From the NCBI GenBank assembly GCA_965644495.1, contig CBFFSA010000077.1, forward strand, positions 1 through 25,232: a stretch of DNA of 25,232 nucleotides, in the 5' to 3' direction. The notes under the pieces are model-generated. The model did no database searches and was not told where the DNA came from. It saw only the letters and a list, made by a program, of their open reading frames with translations. The position numbers were made by a program, and so were the translations under genes. Source of the DNA: Perkinsela sp. CCAP 1560/9. Taxonomy: Eukaryota; Protista; Euglenozoa: Kinetoplastea. Below, piece by piece: positions 9,250 to 18,639 of the stretch (positions are counted from its first letter, which is position 1; each line of letters begins with the position of its first letter).

Positions 9250-11090
9250 GTTGTAGGCTTGTAAATCGCAAGTAAGTTTTAATCGGTTATGTTGTAAGTG
9301 AAAAAGTTGCAAGTAAGGAATTTGGAAGTAAGGAATTCGAAAAAAAAATCGTAAATCAAAGAATTTTATTTTATATAGAATCTTTCTTTCCTCTAATAAA
9401 ATCATAATAATCTTTCCTCTACTTGATACTGATGCTTGGCCGTATTGACACCCCGGAATATGACACACCCATTAATATATCTGAAACCCGTGACGCACCA
9501 CCTGATACATCCCGCGATGCACCTGAACCTGATGCTCCCTACGAAAATAAATATTCAGAGTTGTCTTTATGCGGTTTAACGCATCGCGCTCTCACCTTTC
9601 TAAAACAATTTTATCCCTTTGAAGAAATTTTTGCGAGCTTTCTTTTTTTGCGGTGTGGGGGTAGCTACGACATTGTATCAGAACTCATATCCTTGAAATT
9701 CGGAACCGGTTGGTCTGAACGTTCTTGTTCTGACAAGATACCCGCGTTTTTTAAAAAACTGCATTCCGATATGAAGGACACATGGCTTTGTTTGGATTCT
9801 GATATTTTGCAAGATGGAGAACGACTTCCCGCCAACACCTTAGACCACATTTATGCTCGTGGTGTGAAGCAAGAAAATGTTCTTAACGCATGTGCTGAGT
9901 ACGTGGGTCGCATACTCTGCGGTACGAAGCTTGCGTTCGGACATGTGGCCCACATCCTTATTCTTATCAAAAGGGCAAAAGATGTTTCTATAAAAAGATA
10001 TATCCCGCGTTCGGCCGAAGCAGTTTGCTCGTATTTTAACCATGCGTTACATCCAGAGGAGCGGGGCTCTCTGCAGGAGTTTTTGCGAAACCTCTGGAAC
10101 TTATATGAGGGCAAGCGCGCCAATGAAAAGAAGGTTCTGAGAGACACAAAGACTGCATTGGTAGCAAGTTTTTTGTCGGTTCTAGGTGACTCAACATTTG
10201 AAATTGATCGAAAGTTTGTTCACCAAGTTCAGGGTGAGATTATGGACAAACTTGGCAATTCAATGGAGGAGAATGTTCCTACTGAACTTCTTTCTATCCG
10301 GGACGACCTTGTTCAACTGCGGATTCTCAAGAAGGGAAAGACTTCGAATGCTCATCTTATTCACGTTGCCCGACCTCCTCGTCAAACTTTGACTGCCGCA
10401 GATCAGGAAGTTGAGATAGTTGAAGTTCGGAACGATGAAAACCTGGTCAGCAATCCGAAGCGGCAACGCGTTTCCCGCATTGCTTCAACTTCAAGTTCGA
10501 ACACTTTGCATTTTAAAAGTCGTAAGTAAGTTGTAGGCCTGTAAATCGCAAGTAAGTTTTAAGCGGTTATGTTGTAAGTGAAAAAGTTGCAAGTAAGGAA
10601 TTTGGAAGTAAGGAATTCGAAAAAAAAATCGTAAATCAAAGAATTTTATTTTATATAGAATCTTTCTTTCCTCTAATAAAATCATAATAATCTTTCCTCT
10701 ACTTGATACTGATGCTTGGCCGTATTGACACCCCGGAATATGACACACCCGTTAATATATCTGAAACCCGTGACGCACCACCTGATACATCCGGCGATGC
10801 ACCTGAACCTGATGCTCCCTACGAAAATAAATATTCAGAGTTGTCTTTATGCGGTTTAACGCATCGCGCTCTCACCTTTCTAAAACAATTTTATCCCTTT
10901 GAAGAAAGTTTTGCGAGCTTTCTTTTTTTGCGGTGTGGGGGTAGCTACGACATTGTATCAGAACTCATATCCTTGAAATTCGGAACCGGTTGGTCTGAAC
11001 ATTCTTGTTCTGACAAGATACCCGCGTTTTTTAAAAAACTGCATTCCGATATGAAGGATACATGGCTTTGTTTGGATTCTGATATTTTGC
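8530..11090. repeat. 1280-bp internal tandem duplication (8530-9809 / 9810-11089)
   Basis: CAAGATGGAGAACGAC occurs at 8530 and 9810; GATATTTTGCA ends at 9811 and 11091. CA microhomology at the junction, and several SNPs between copies. Confidence 0.95.
9432..10529 (+). CDS. Chimeric ORF: transposase N-terminal ~125 aa fused in frame to the body of ORF1
   Basis: Junction ...WLCLDSDIL|QDGERLPAN... created by the tandem duplication. No internal stops. Confidence 0.6.
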   Translation: MLGRIDTPEYDTPINISETRDAPPDTSRDAPEPDAPYENKYSELSLCGLTHRALTFLKQFYPFEEIFASFLFLRCGGSYDIVSELISLKFGTGWSERSCSDKIPAFFKKLHSDMKDTWLCLDSDILQDGERLPANTLDHIYARGVKQENVLNACAEYVGRILCGTKLAFGHVAHILILIKRAKDVSIKRYIPRSAEAVCSYFNHALHPEERGSLQEFLRNLWNLYEGKRANEKKVLRDTKTALVASFLSVLGDSTFEIDRKFVHQVQGEIMDKLGNSMEENVPTELLSIRDDLVQLRILKKGKTSNAHLIHVARPPRQTLTAADQEVEIVEVRNDENLVSNPKRQRVSRIASTSSSNTLHFKSRK

Positions 11091-11884
11091 ACCATGAATC
11101 AAACGCAGTTCTTCCCTTTTGGGATAAGGACATAAAGGTGGTGATGGACACAGTGCCACTGTACGTTGATAGTTTGCCTCACTGCTATCAACCCAAGTAT
11201 GCTACACACGTCGTGAAAGCGCTCGTAGCATCTACAATGTCTGGGTATGTTTGCTTCACAGCAGACACATTGTACTGTGGAGCCTCATCCGACGCCGTTA
11301 TTCAGGACTGTAGTGGTATTCTGGATTTTCTGGCACACAATCGTGTTCGCGCTCTTGCTGACGGGGGATTTTACGATGGTCTTACTGATAGATTAATAGT
11401 ACTCCATTCTAAAGCCAAAATTTGGTGTTCGAAGCGCCCAAAATCTAAGTCTATGCAGAAACATCATGATTCAGAAGCAGATGGTAAAATGTGCTTCAAT
11501 GAAAAGTTGGCTCACTTTAGATCGCGGGTCGAACACATTTTTTCTCGTTCGTGCTGTGGCAAATGGCTGGCTTTTAAGCAGTGGACTCGTAGTCCAGATT
11601 TTCTTTACTATGCTTTTTCGTGCGCTCTCATGGTTCATAACATGGAAGTGTTTCATAAACATGGACCTCAAGGAAGATATCCACCTCTTACCCCTGAGAA
11701 AGTGGAAGCAGTTAAAAAGAAGATAATAGAGCACAAAGGACAATCTTCCAGATATGGAGTATCTGACAGTTCTACTATCACAGGTCCGATGGACAAATAC
11801 ACGTATCCTAAAAATCTTGATGCGTATGTTTTTTTTCGTGAACAACAAACCCCCCACCAGCACTCAACCAATAACCCCCTATGA
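10712..11884 (+). CDS. DDE_Tnp_4-type (IS5/ISL2EU/Harbinger) transposase
   Basis: Motifs VVMDTVPLYV, YQPKYATHVVK, YCGASSD, ALADGGFY, FNEKLAHFRSRVEHIF, ALMVHN. First ATG at 10712. Confidence 0.88.
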   Translation: MLGRIDTPEYDTPVNISETRDAPPDTSGDAPEPDAPYENKYSELSLCGLTHRALTFLKQFYPFEESFASFLFLRCGGSYDIVSELISLKFGTGWSEHSCSDKIPAFFKKLHSDMKDTWLCLDSDILHHESNAVLPFWDKDIKVVMDTVPLYVDSLPHCYQPKYATHVVKALVASTMSGYVCFTADTLYCGASSDAVIQDCSGILDFLAHNRVRALADGGFYDGLTDRLIVLHSKAKIWCSKRPKSKSMQKHHDSEADGKMCFNEKLAHFRSRVEHIFSRSCCGKWLAFKQWTRSPDFLYYAFSCALMVHNMEVFHKHGPQGRYPPLTPEKVEAVKKKIIEHKGQSSRYGVSDSSTITGPMDKYTYPKNLDAYVFFREQQTPHQHSTNNPL

Positions 11885-12175
11885 TCATACACTCTACGCT
11901 CATATACAGTTGCCCCTCCTCACTATACTTAGCTAGGTACGCTACTTATCAGAGAATCACTTGCCTCTATGTCGTCACGATTCTCCGGCGACGCTCGATT
12001 TTTGGGGCCACTGTGGGCCACTGTGGGTCGTCTTGTGCCACTTAGTCCACTACGGGCCACCCGGGGACTGCATTGGGTCCATTATATTACTGTGTTCCCC
12101 TTTATATTTTCACTGTTTTTGTTCACTTTTTTTTCAATAATCGAGTGTAGAGCGGTAGTTTTACAACCACCGCAA

Positions 12176-12447
12176 TATTTGTTCATACGCAGTCTTTTTT
12201 TGTGTATTACTTATTTTCCTGGGACTCAGGGCTCAACCTGACTGGCTAAAAAAAAACAAGAAAAAATAAAAAAAAAAATAACCTTTTCCAATGGTAATTC
12301 AGTCTCGCTTACAATAAAAAACCAAGCTCCGTTCGTCGAGCTTTTTTTTTACAAAAAAAAATGCGTTTTCATTCATCGAACAGGATGTCCTGTTCGATAA
12401 ATATTCATCGAACGGACAGTGCGTTCGATGAGTATTCATCGAGTGCC
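12176..12447 (+). mobile_element. Remainder of the Merlin-like element right end, with a shorter hairpin array (12368-12447)
   Basis: Continues the sequence interrupted at 7245; matches 577-901 with fewer array units. Confidence 0.8.
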
Positions 12448-12766
12448 CCCCCTCCCCGAGAAATCTTTGCCATAGTCGCTCCGACCGCCACCCGGTGTCC
12501 GACCGGCAGGCTTTTCTTGGTCGGATGAACCAGCCACCTTCCAGTGGCAAGATACGTGACTCGCATCACGTACCTATGCCGTATGGGGAGACACCCCATT
12601 ACAGAGTAGTGCGGGACTTGCTAGGAAGGGCTTTGTCAATTACAAGACGTCCTGTTCCTACCGCTCACCCGCTAAAACTCTACGGCCCCGGAATGTTAGT
12701 CCGGGACGGTCCTGGCTGGAGAAGTGAAGGCTTGTACACCTCCACTCCTCCGGAGATGGGGTGGGA

Positions 12767-13659
12767 TTTTCCTTTTTAGGCTCTTCGTTAAACGCGGTGG
12801 TTGTTTTCAACTTAGAAGTCACTAATGCTGCGCGCTTCGCGTTGAAAACTACCTCCGCGTTTAACGAAGAGCCTAAAAAAGAAAATTTAGCCTGGAAAAC
12901 GGAAAGATTATAGCCAAAAATAGCCGAATTTCGGGTAAAAATGGGGTCATTTTCGCGTATTTTTGCTGTCAGAGCACTAAATCCGACATTTGCGCGTGGG
13001 AAATCACTCGCAGGCATGAATGAAAGCCTACCGAACGTATTGGGTAGAGAATGCGACTCCAACCATACCATTCTTTCGACACAAAAATGCCCCTTTAGGT
13101 CCGAAAAATACTTTTTCACCTTTTTTAGTCAAAAATAGGTCATTTTGGGGGGCGCACCACAGTTCGAAGAAGTGATATCTTGCGAAAACAACTGCGTAGA
13201 AAGCTAGTGTAGGTCCCAAACTATCAAAATACAATAGGGGAAACGATTTTGGAATAATATTTTTTTTGTCATTTTTTTCGCCAAGTTGAATTGTTTTTCA
13301 AAAAAAAAATTCCGAAAAAATCCGAACTTGGCGGACCCGTCCTGCGGATACGCGGGGGGGTCACCCCCGGGTAGGGGGGTGGAAAATGCGCGCCAAGACC
13401 CCGGCTACCCTTTCTGCGGTTTTTTTTCGAAAACTAATTTTTTCGAAAAAATTTGCTCGACCATGACCCCCCCCCCTGGACCCCCCCCCATGGACCCCCC
13501 ATTTTTCTCAATTTTTTTTTTCAGTTTTGGTCCACCGGAGCCCCCTTTTATATTTTTTTCTTCTATTATATTACTGTGTTCCTCTTTATGTTTTCACTGT
13601 TTTTGTTCACTTTTTTTTCAATAATCGAGTGTAGAGCGGTAGTTTTACAACCACCGCAA
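12767..13659 (-). mobile_element. 0.9 kb element, copy 5
   Basis: Both hairpins are present. The right junction is identical to that of copy 2. Confidence 0.75.
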
Positions 13660-13721
13660 TTTCACTACAGTTACTATCGAAAAGCGTTAATGTAAGGCAA
13701 AATTACCACATAAGGGTGCAC
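13660..13721 (+). pseudogene. 62-bp stub of the CRE-like ORF (identical to 2792-2853)
   Basis: TTTCACTACAG...AAGGGTGCAC, then switches to Tc1-like sequence. Confidence 0.85.
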
Positions 13722-15091
13722 TCAAAAATGGTCAAAAATTACCCTTAATACCCACAGGAAGACCCGTTTCGCTCAATAACGATGCGACAACGCTTGCGGA
13801 AACTGCTCATCGTGTTAATACATTCTTGCTTGCGTTCTGATTGTAATCTTTCGAACGCTGTCTCAATGGCCGATACTAATTCAGCCCGATTCTTGGGTCG
13901 AAGATCATTTTTGATCCTGTCCATGGTCCCCCAAAGGTTTTCAATGGTGTTTAAATCGGGGGATTTTGCAGGCCAAGAGAGTACATTAATACCTTCGTTG
14001 CGAAAGGTTGTTCGCGCAGAATTATGAACAGGACAATTATCCATTGCAACGACCCCAGATGGGTGGCGCCTCAAATAATTTAAAAGTGCTTTGCGCTTCT
14101 TCATGGCGTCATTGAAAACATCCCCTGTTACAGTTACTTTTCGGCCGGAAGGGTCGTGGGAGGGAAAAATGTGTAGATGAAATCCATGATTTAAACTGAC
14201 CCCCATCCACACCATGACGCCGTTCCCTCCATACCAAGGTTCTAGCTCTCCCTGCTGTTCCTTGGCGGGGTCAGTCTTCCGGCAAAGGTAAGTAATTTTG
14301 TTTCGTCCCCTACCGCAAGTGAACTTCTTCTCATCGCAGAAAACAATTTGTCTCAGTTGGGTATCTGACCAAGTGAGCATCTCAGAACAAAAATGCACTC
14401 GTTTCCTCTTGTGTTCATCGGTCAGTGCGGGCTTTCTTTTTAAAGTTCGCATGATCATACCATGGCTCTTCATGGCGTTAACCAAAGTTGGTCTTGAACA
14501 CTGAAATCCAAGAGAAAGCACAACTCTATGGAGTGCACACCAGTTCTCAATCCCGTACGGGAGGTCACGGTATCCCTCATCAATGAGGCGGATAGCTGCT
14601 TCGTGCAGCGCAGGGGTACTGACAGGAGATGGGCGTGAAATAGGAGAGCTTTCCACGTCTCCAGTGTTCTCATAGCGTATCACAAGACGTTTTACTGTAT
14701 TTTCGTGGACGCCGAAGTTTTGGGCTGTCCGAGAATAGGACCCTGTCTCAAGATAATCTGAGACAAGAAGCATACGGTGACTTGGTATCACCCGTGCGGG
14801 GGAGGAATAGGACCTGTCGCTGAGTACACCACGTGAGGTTCGGGAACGAATCCGTTTCTGGGGCATATAGTGCTAATATTGACTGAAAAACAGCTAAAAA
14901 CTGAAAAAACGTAAATTTGGGCAAGAAAAAAATCATGATTTTTTTGTCTCATCGTTTCATGTTGAGTCACAGGCCGCAAATAGTGCTAAAACATACAACT
15001 CTGTGAGAGCTCTCGAATGCGCTATTACTTTCCAAAATTGGATAATTTTTACGAATTTTAGACCCCCCCCACCACGAGGTTTTCACCCCTG
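13722..15091 (-). mobile_element. Tc1/IS630-like transposon; 5' end intact (TA|CAGGGG on the minus strand), 3' TIR missing
   Basis: CCCCTG|TA at 15086-15093. The region 14980-15091 is homologous in inverted orientation to 24888-25000. Confidence 0.75.
13745..14866 (-). CDS. Tc1/IS630-family transposase, intact 373-aa ORF, DD32E
   Basis: HTH (SYSRTAQNFGVHENTVKRLV), KRKPALTDEHKRKRVHFC, IVFCDEKKF, VMVWMGVS, AMDNCPVH, WPAKSPDLNTIENLW, C-terminal GSSCGY. Confidence 0.93.
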   Translation of the reverse strand: MPQKRIRSRTSRGVLSDRSYSSPARVIPSHRMLLVSDYLETGSYSRTAQNFGVHENTVKRLVIRYENTGDVESSPISRPSPVSTPALHEAAIRLIDEGYRDLPYGIENWCALHRVVLSLGFQCSRPTLVNAMKSHGMIMRTLKRKPALTDEHKRKRVHFCSEMLTWSDTQLRQIVFCDEKKFTCGRGRNKITYLCRKTDPAKEQQGELEPWYGGNGVMVWMGVSLNHGFHLHIFPSHDPSGRKVTVTGDVFNDAMKKRKALLNYLRRHPSGVVAMDNCPVHNSARTTFRNEGINVLSWPAKSPDLNTIENLWGTMDRIKNDLRPKNRAELVSAIETAFERLQSERKQECINTMSSFRKRCRIVIERNGSSCGY

Positions 15092-15190
15092 TATAAAGGT
15101 AAGTTGAAACCCAGTACACGAACCATGTAGGTCCATTGGGGGGGTATATGATTTTCTTTTTGTTGAGCTGCTAATTTTGCAGCTTAGATC

Positions 15191-16357
15191 TTAGTTATTG
15201 CCCATACTTGGGCCTCTCTTCCATAACTTCGTTCGTTCCAATACTTGCATCTTATTTTCCCTCTTTCGCCTAAGCACAAGAGCCGAATACCTCACGCAAG
15301 AAGCGTATTTTTTCTGAGCTGAAAAGGTTTTAAGGCGCTCGAAGATTAAATTCACCACTTTGGAGTAAGTACCATTCGGATCGTATGACCGTCTCATGGA
15401 CCTCTGCAAGGACGTGTGCAAATTGCGCGCGTTATTTTTCCCCAGCGCAGTAACATCAAGAAGAGCAAATGCCTCTAACCGAGCTGAAATAAGATTCGAG
15501 CGCTCAAGATTAGAGGAGGACGCGTTCTTTACAATGCTACAGCGCTGCTGTAAAAGATTCCACGCCAAACAATAGGAAAATATCTTTGCAATTTCAATGC
15601 ACGCAACCTCCATCAGTACAGCCGTCTCAAACAAATGGGAGCGAGCAACGTTTCCCTCTTGCTGTTATCAAAATCCATTAATGTTCGGCATCGCTATCAC
15701 ATCAGAGTGCAAAACCCAGACGAATCATTAAAACTTACTCAAAAATTCGACCACGAGGTAGCCAGCGTCGTTCGTACGTGGTTCGGTAATCTTTCCGACA
15801 AGAAAATTAAATGGACACGCCTTCCACTAAAAAAAGGAGAAAAAACCACATTCCTCATCTGAAGTGTTCGCTTCTCTGCGCCGCTTCTTCTGAAGCCCAT
15901 CTTGACATCTTTTAGACCACAAAATCCGGTGGTAAACCTTTCATCCCTCGTCCATCTCTGGTTTACGGGGAGATCTTCTACTTGACGATGCGCCACCGCG
16001 GATCGATTTTTTTCCAAACGAGAAGCACCGTAAACTTCCTCAAGATATTTCGTGATATCAAGAAATTTATTCATACCAACCTCACTTGTATGTTGTACTT
16101 TCAGTGCAGCAAGCAAGTAGTTCCTGTCTCTTTCCCGCTCCAAGACTGTTGCCTCCTTTACTGCAGCATCTGCAAGATCTCTGTGTCTGTCATTTTTTTC
16201 TCTTTGGTCCTTTATGTATTCCTGTAGGTCATCTAGCTTCACTTTTCGAAGCGTATTTTACATCACAAATAAAGTGCAGTTCGCCAATTAGCCGGAAAAG
16301 CAACATATAAATTATGAGGTAATTAACGGGAAACGTTACACACAGGTATTCCTCCAT
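15191..16357 (-). pseudogene. Possible degenerate gene of unknown function (charged/coiled-coil), interrupted by a retrotransposon fragment
   Basis: Consecutive minus-strand open frames (16229-16357, 15860-16242, 15191-~15550) with protein-like composition. No family recognised. Confidence 0.3.
15560..15842 (+). pseudogene. Internal fragment of another CRE-like retrotransposon paralogue
   Basis: VSLLLLSKSINVRHRYHIRVQNPDESLKLTQKFDHEVASVVRTWFGNLSDKKIKWTRLPLKKG aligns with ISLQLLSKSVNVRQNYHIRVHPPQASLDLTRNFDEKVNSVLQSWFGKLTAEQISWMRLPLKKG. The left boundary is approximate. Confidence 0.85.
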
Positions 16358-16866
16358 GCGTTTAAGTACGCGTACTTGTCTTTTTTCTAAATAAATAGTA
16401 AAGAAAACAAACAAATAAGAGGGTTGAAACAGGTGGGTGCGTCCGGGTGCGCCCGGGTGCGGCTGAGTTAGGGGAGTGGTAACTTGGAAAGACCCGTGGA
16501 GAGGGTACGGTGCTAACTCTACGTGCATATTCTATGGCATTTATTTTTAAAATATTTTGCAAATAATTGGGAGAAAATAGTATTGATTTTGACGTTTTTA
16601 TCTACTTTTCGAACACTTTCGTACATTTTTCACACTTAACCCTTCACCGTACTTACTCCCCACTTTCCCTTAAGTTAAGGGTTAAGTTAAGTAAGGGTTA
16701 AGTTAACCCTCTCATCCATCCCCTTCCCTACTCCCTACCCTATATCAACTCGTCCGCGCGGGGGCCCATGTGGTCCAGAACCTCCGCACCCACCCCGTTA
16801 GCAGTATTAAATACGTTTGGTAGCTGTACGAGGGTGGAAGAGTCACTTTACAGGTCAAATGCCCCT

Positions 16867-16920
16867 GGACAGATAAAATGCCTATGGACAGATAAAATGC
16901 CAATGGACAGATAAAATGCC
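16867..16920. repeat. 3 x 19-bp tandem repeat (GGACAGATAAAATGCC core) with an inverted copy at 18518-18533
   Basis: Read directly from the sequence. Confidence 0.85.
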
Positions 16921-17048
16921 ACAAATAAAAAAGATCTGCGTCAGTACCATCTGAAAGATGGCAATGCCGGGGAAGAGTGAAGGTTCCAAAGTGAGGTCCC
17001 GACCATACTTCCCCATGTTAGGGCTATCGAAAATTTACATTATATTTA

Positions 17049-18045
17049 CCGTTACCCCCCCCTTACTTCGCCTCCCCCCTTACTTCACCACATTTAGTCG
17101 CTGGACGTGTGGTGAAGTAAGGGGGGTGTCGGATTTTTCTCAGACAACTTACCACCTCTTTACACAGCCGGGGGGGGCGGGGTGCACTGCAACCGACCGT
17201 TGCATCGGGGTAAGGCGAGGCAGAGCCACGCCCAGTGATCTTCAAGGAGGGACACAGATGGCGCACAAACATCGATGAACAAAGGTTCTTGGTGCACACG
17301 TCGGTGAAGACGACGCCGTCATACCAGGATTTTAAACCACAGTCCGGTTTAACGTTCCGGGGGGAAATGATAACGGTTACAGGAATGCTACGTAGCTGCA
17401 GGAATGATAACTTTTGAAGATTGTCTTGGGTTTACCGTACGATTCGTCGACGCAACGGGTTGGTAGCAGCGCGTTGTTGCCGCCTTGTACTAACGAAAAC
17501 AGGTAGAGGACTTCGGCCTCGAAACTTCCAAATCTGTCTGTGAAGGGCCTGGCTTGCTAGTGACCGATCGGAGCTATCCGGAATGATTTAGTATGTTGAA
17601 CCATTTCTAATTCAGAACGATTTTCTTCCATGTCAGTTTCATCATCATGTCAGTTTGATCATAAAATTGCGCCACAGTGTTTTGTAGTTCTAAAATTTAA
17701 ATTGGTGTTCAATGGGTTATGTTCTGCGACACCATTTAAATTTCACGATGTAAGAAATTTTCATGGGGGGAGAGTTAAAAGCCCATGGGACATTGTAGAC
17801 AAGCTAAACGAAATATAAAATATAGAATGTGCAACACGAGGTATTACAACACTCAAGAAAAGGAAATTACGCCCAATGTCGATAGCATAGTGTACTTCAA
17901 TAATTTGAGGATTTTCGAGAGAACTATAAATTGATCGAACTTTGAATCATTTATTCACCCCCCTTACTTCACCACCCCCCTTACTTCACCACAAAGTACG
18001 GGTCTTGGGCCAAAAAGTGGGGGCTAAGTAAGGGGGGGGTAACGG
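17049..18045. mobile_element. TA-flanked non-autonomous Tc1/mariner-pogo-like element, 997 bp
   Basis: TA|CCGTTACCCCCCCCTTACTT...AAGTAAGGGGGGGGTAACGG|TA. Subterminal CCCCCTTACTTCACCAC repeats at both ends. Confidence 0.88.
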
Positions 18046-18105
18046 TAGATAAAATCTTTCATGGGGCTATATTTACATAAATATTTTATTGGGAAATAAC
18101 GATAT

Positions 18106-18514
18106 CAACTGTGAGCGTAGCCCACTTCTGGAGGTAAAAGCCCCCGTTTGCCAGCAAGGCCCTATTCTGAGCGTAGCCCTGGGACAGAATTATTTTTTTT
18201 TGGCGACCCGCGCGCTGAGAACCTATGTCTAGCCCTTCCGCAGGATTGTCCAGATGCTAGGCCCAACTGTGAGGGATGCCTACTTCTGGAGCCAAAAGCC
18301 CCTGTTTGCGAGCAAGGCCCAACTGTGAGCGAAGCCCACTTCTGGAGGCAAAAGCCCCCGTTTTCGAGCAAGGGCCTATTGTGAGCGTAACCCTGGGACA
18401 GGATTATATTTTTTGGCCACCACCGCACTCCAGCGCGTGGGTCGCGCACTGAGATCCTATGTCTACCCCTTCCGCAGAATTGTCCAGAGGCAAGGCCCAA
18501 CTGTGAGCGATGCC
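18106..18514. repeat. Diverged tandem repeat, ~56-bp subunits in ~200-bp higher-order units
   Basis: CAACTGTGAG/CTATT(C/G)TGAG motifs at 18106, 18161, 18264, 18320, 18376 and 18498. Confidence 0.8.
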
Positions 18515-18639
18515 AAAGGCATTTTATCTGTCCCAAGGCATCGGTCCTGTCCGGCCGCCGGGTGGGAGACATGGAGGAGAAATAATTCAACAAGGTACAA
18601 TCCTCAGAATTATTCTCAGAGTTCAGGAACTCTGAGGAT

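Larger units (their letters stand above)
8090..12080 (+). mobile_element. PHIS-superfamily (ISL2EU/PIF-Harbinger-related) DNA transposon, 3991 bp
   Basis: Termini GGACCC...GGGTCC. ATT is duplicated at 8087-8089 and 12081-12083 relative to the empty site CTTCTATTATATTACTG in other copies. Subterminal GGGCCACT(A/G)TGGG direct repeats occur at both ends. Contains a DDE_Tnp_4-like ORF. Confidence 0.9.
7246..12175 (-). mobile_element. 0.9 kb element, copy 4, inserted in the Merlin 3' region and split by the PHIS transposon (parts 7246-8089 and 12084-12175)
   Basis: Its flanks TTTTTATAA | TATTTGTTCAT reconstitute the empty site seen at 568-587 and 4775-4794. Confidence 0.85.

Noticed and set aside
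13722-15091. Fanzor/TnpB cargo associated with the IS630-like or Helitron-like elements
   Set aside because: No ORF with RuvC-like motifs and a terminal zinc finger was recognised anywhere in the window.
16635-16712. Telomeric repeat or piggyBac mini-element (TTAACCCT / AGGGTTAA)
   Set aside because: Only a few irregular units in mixed orientation; too short to support either call.
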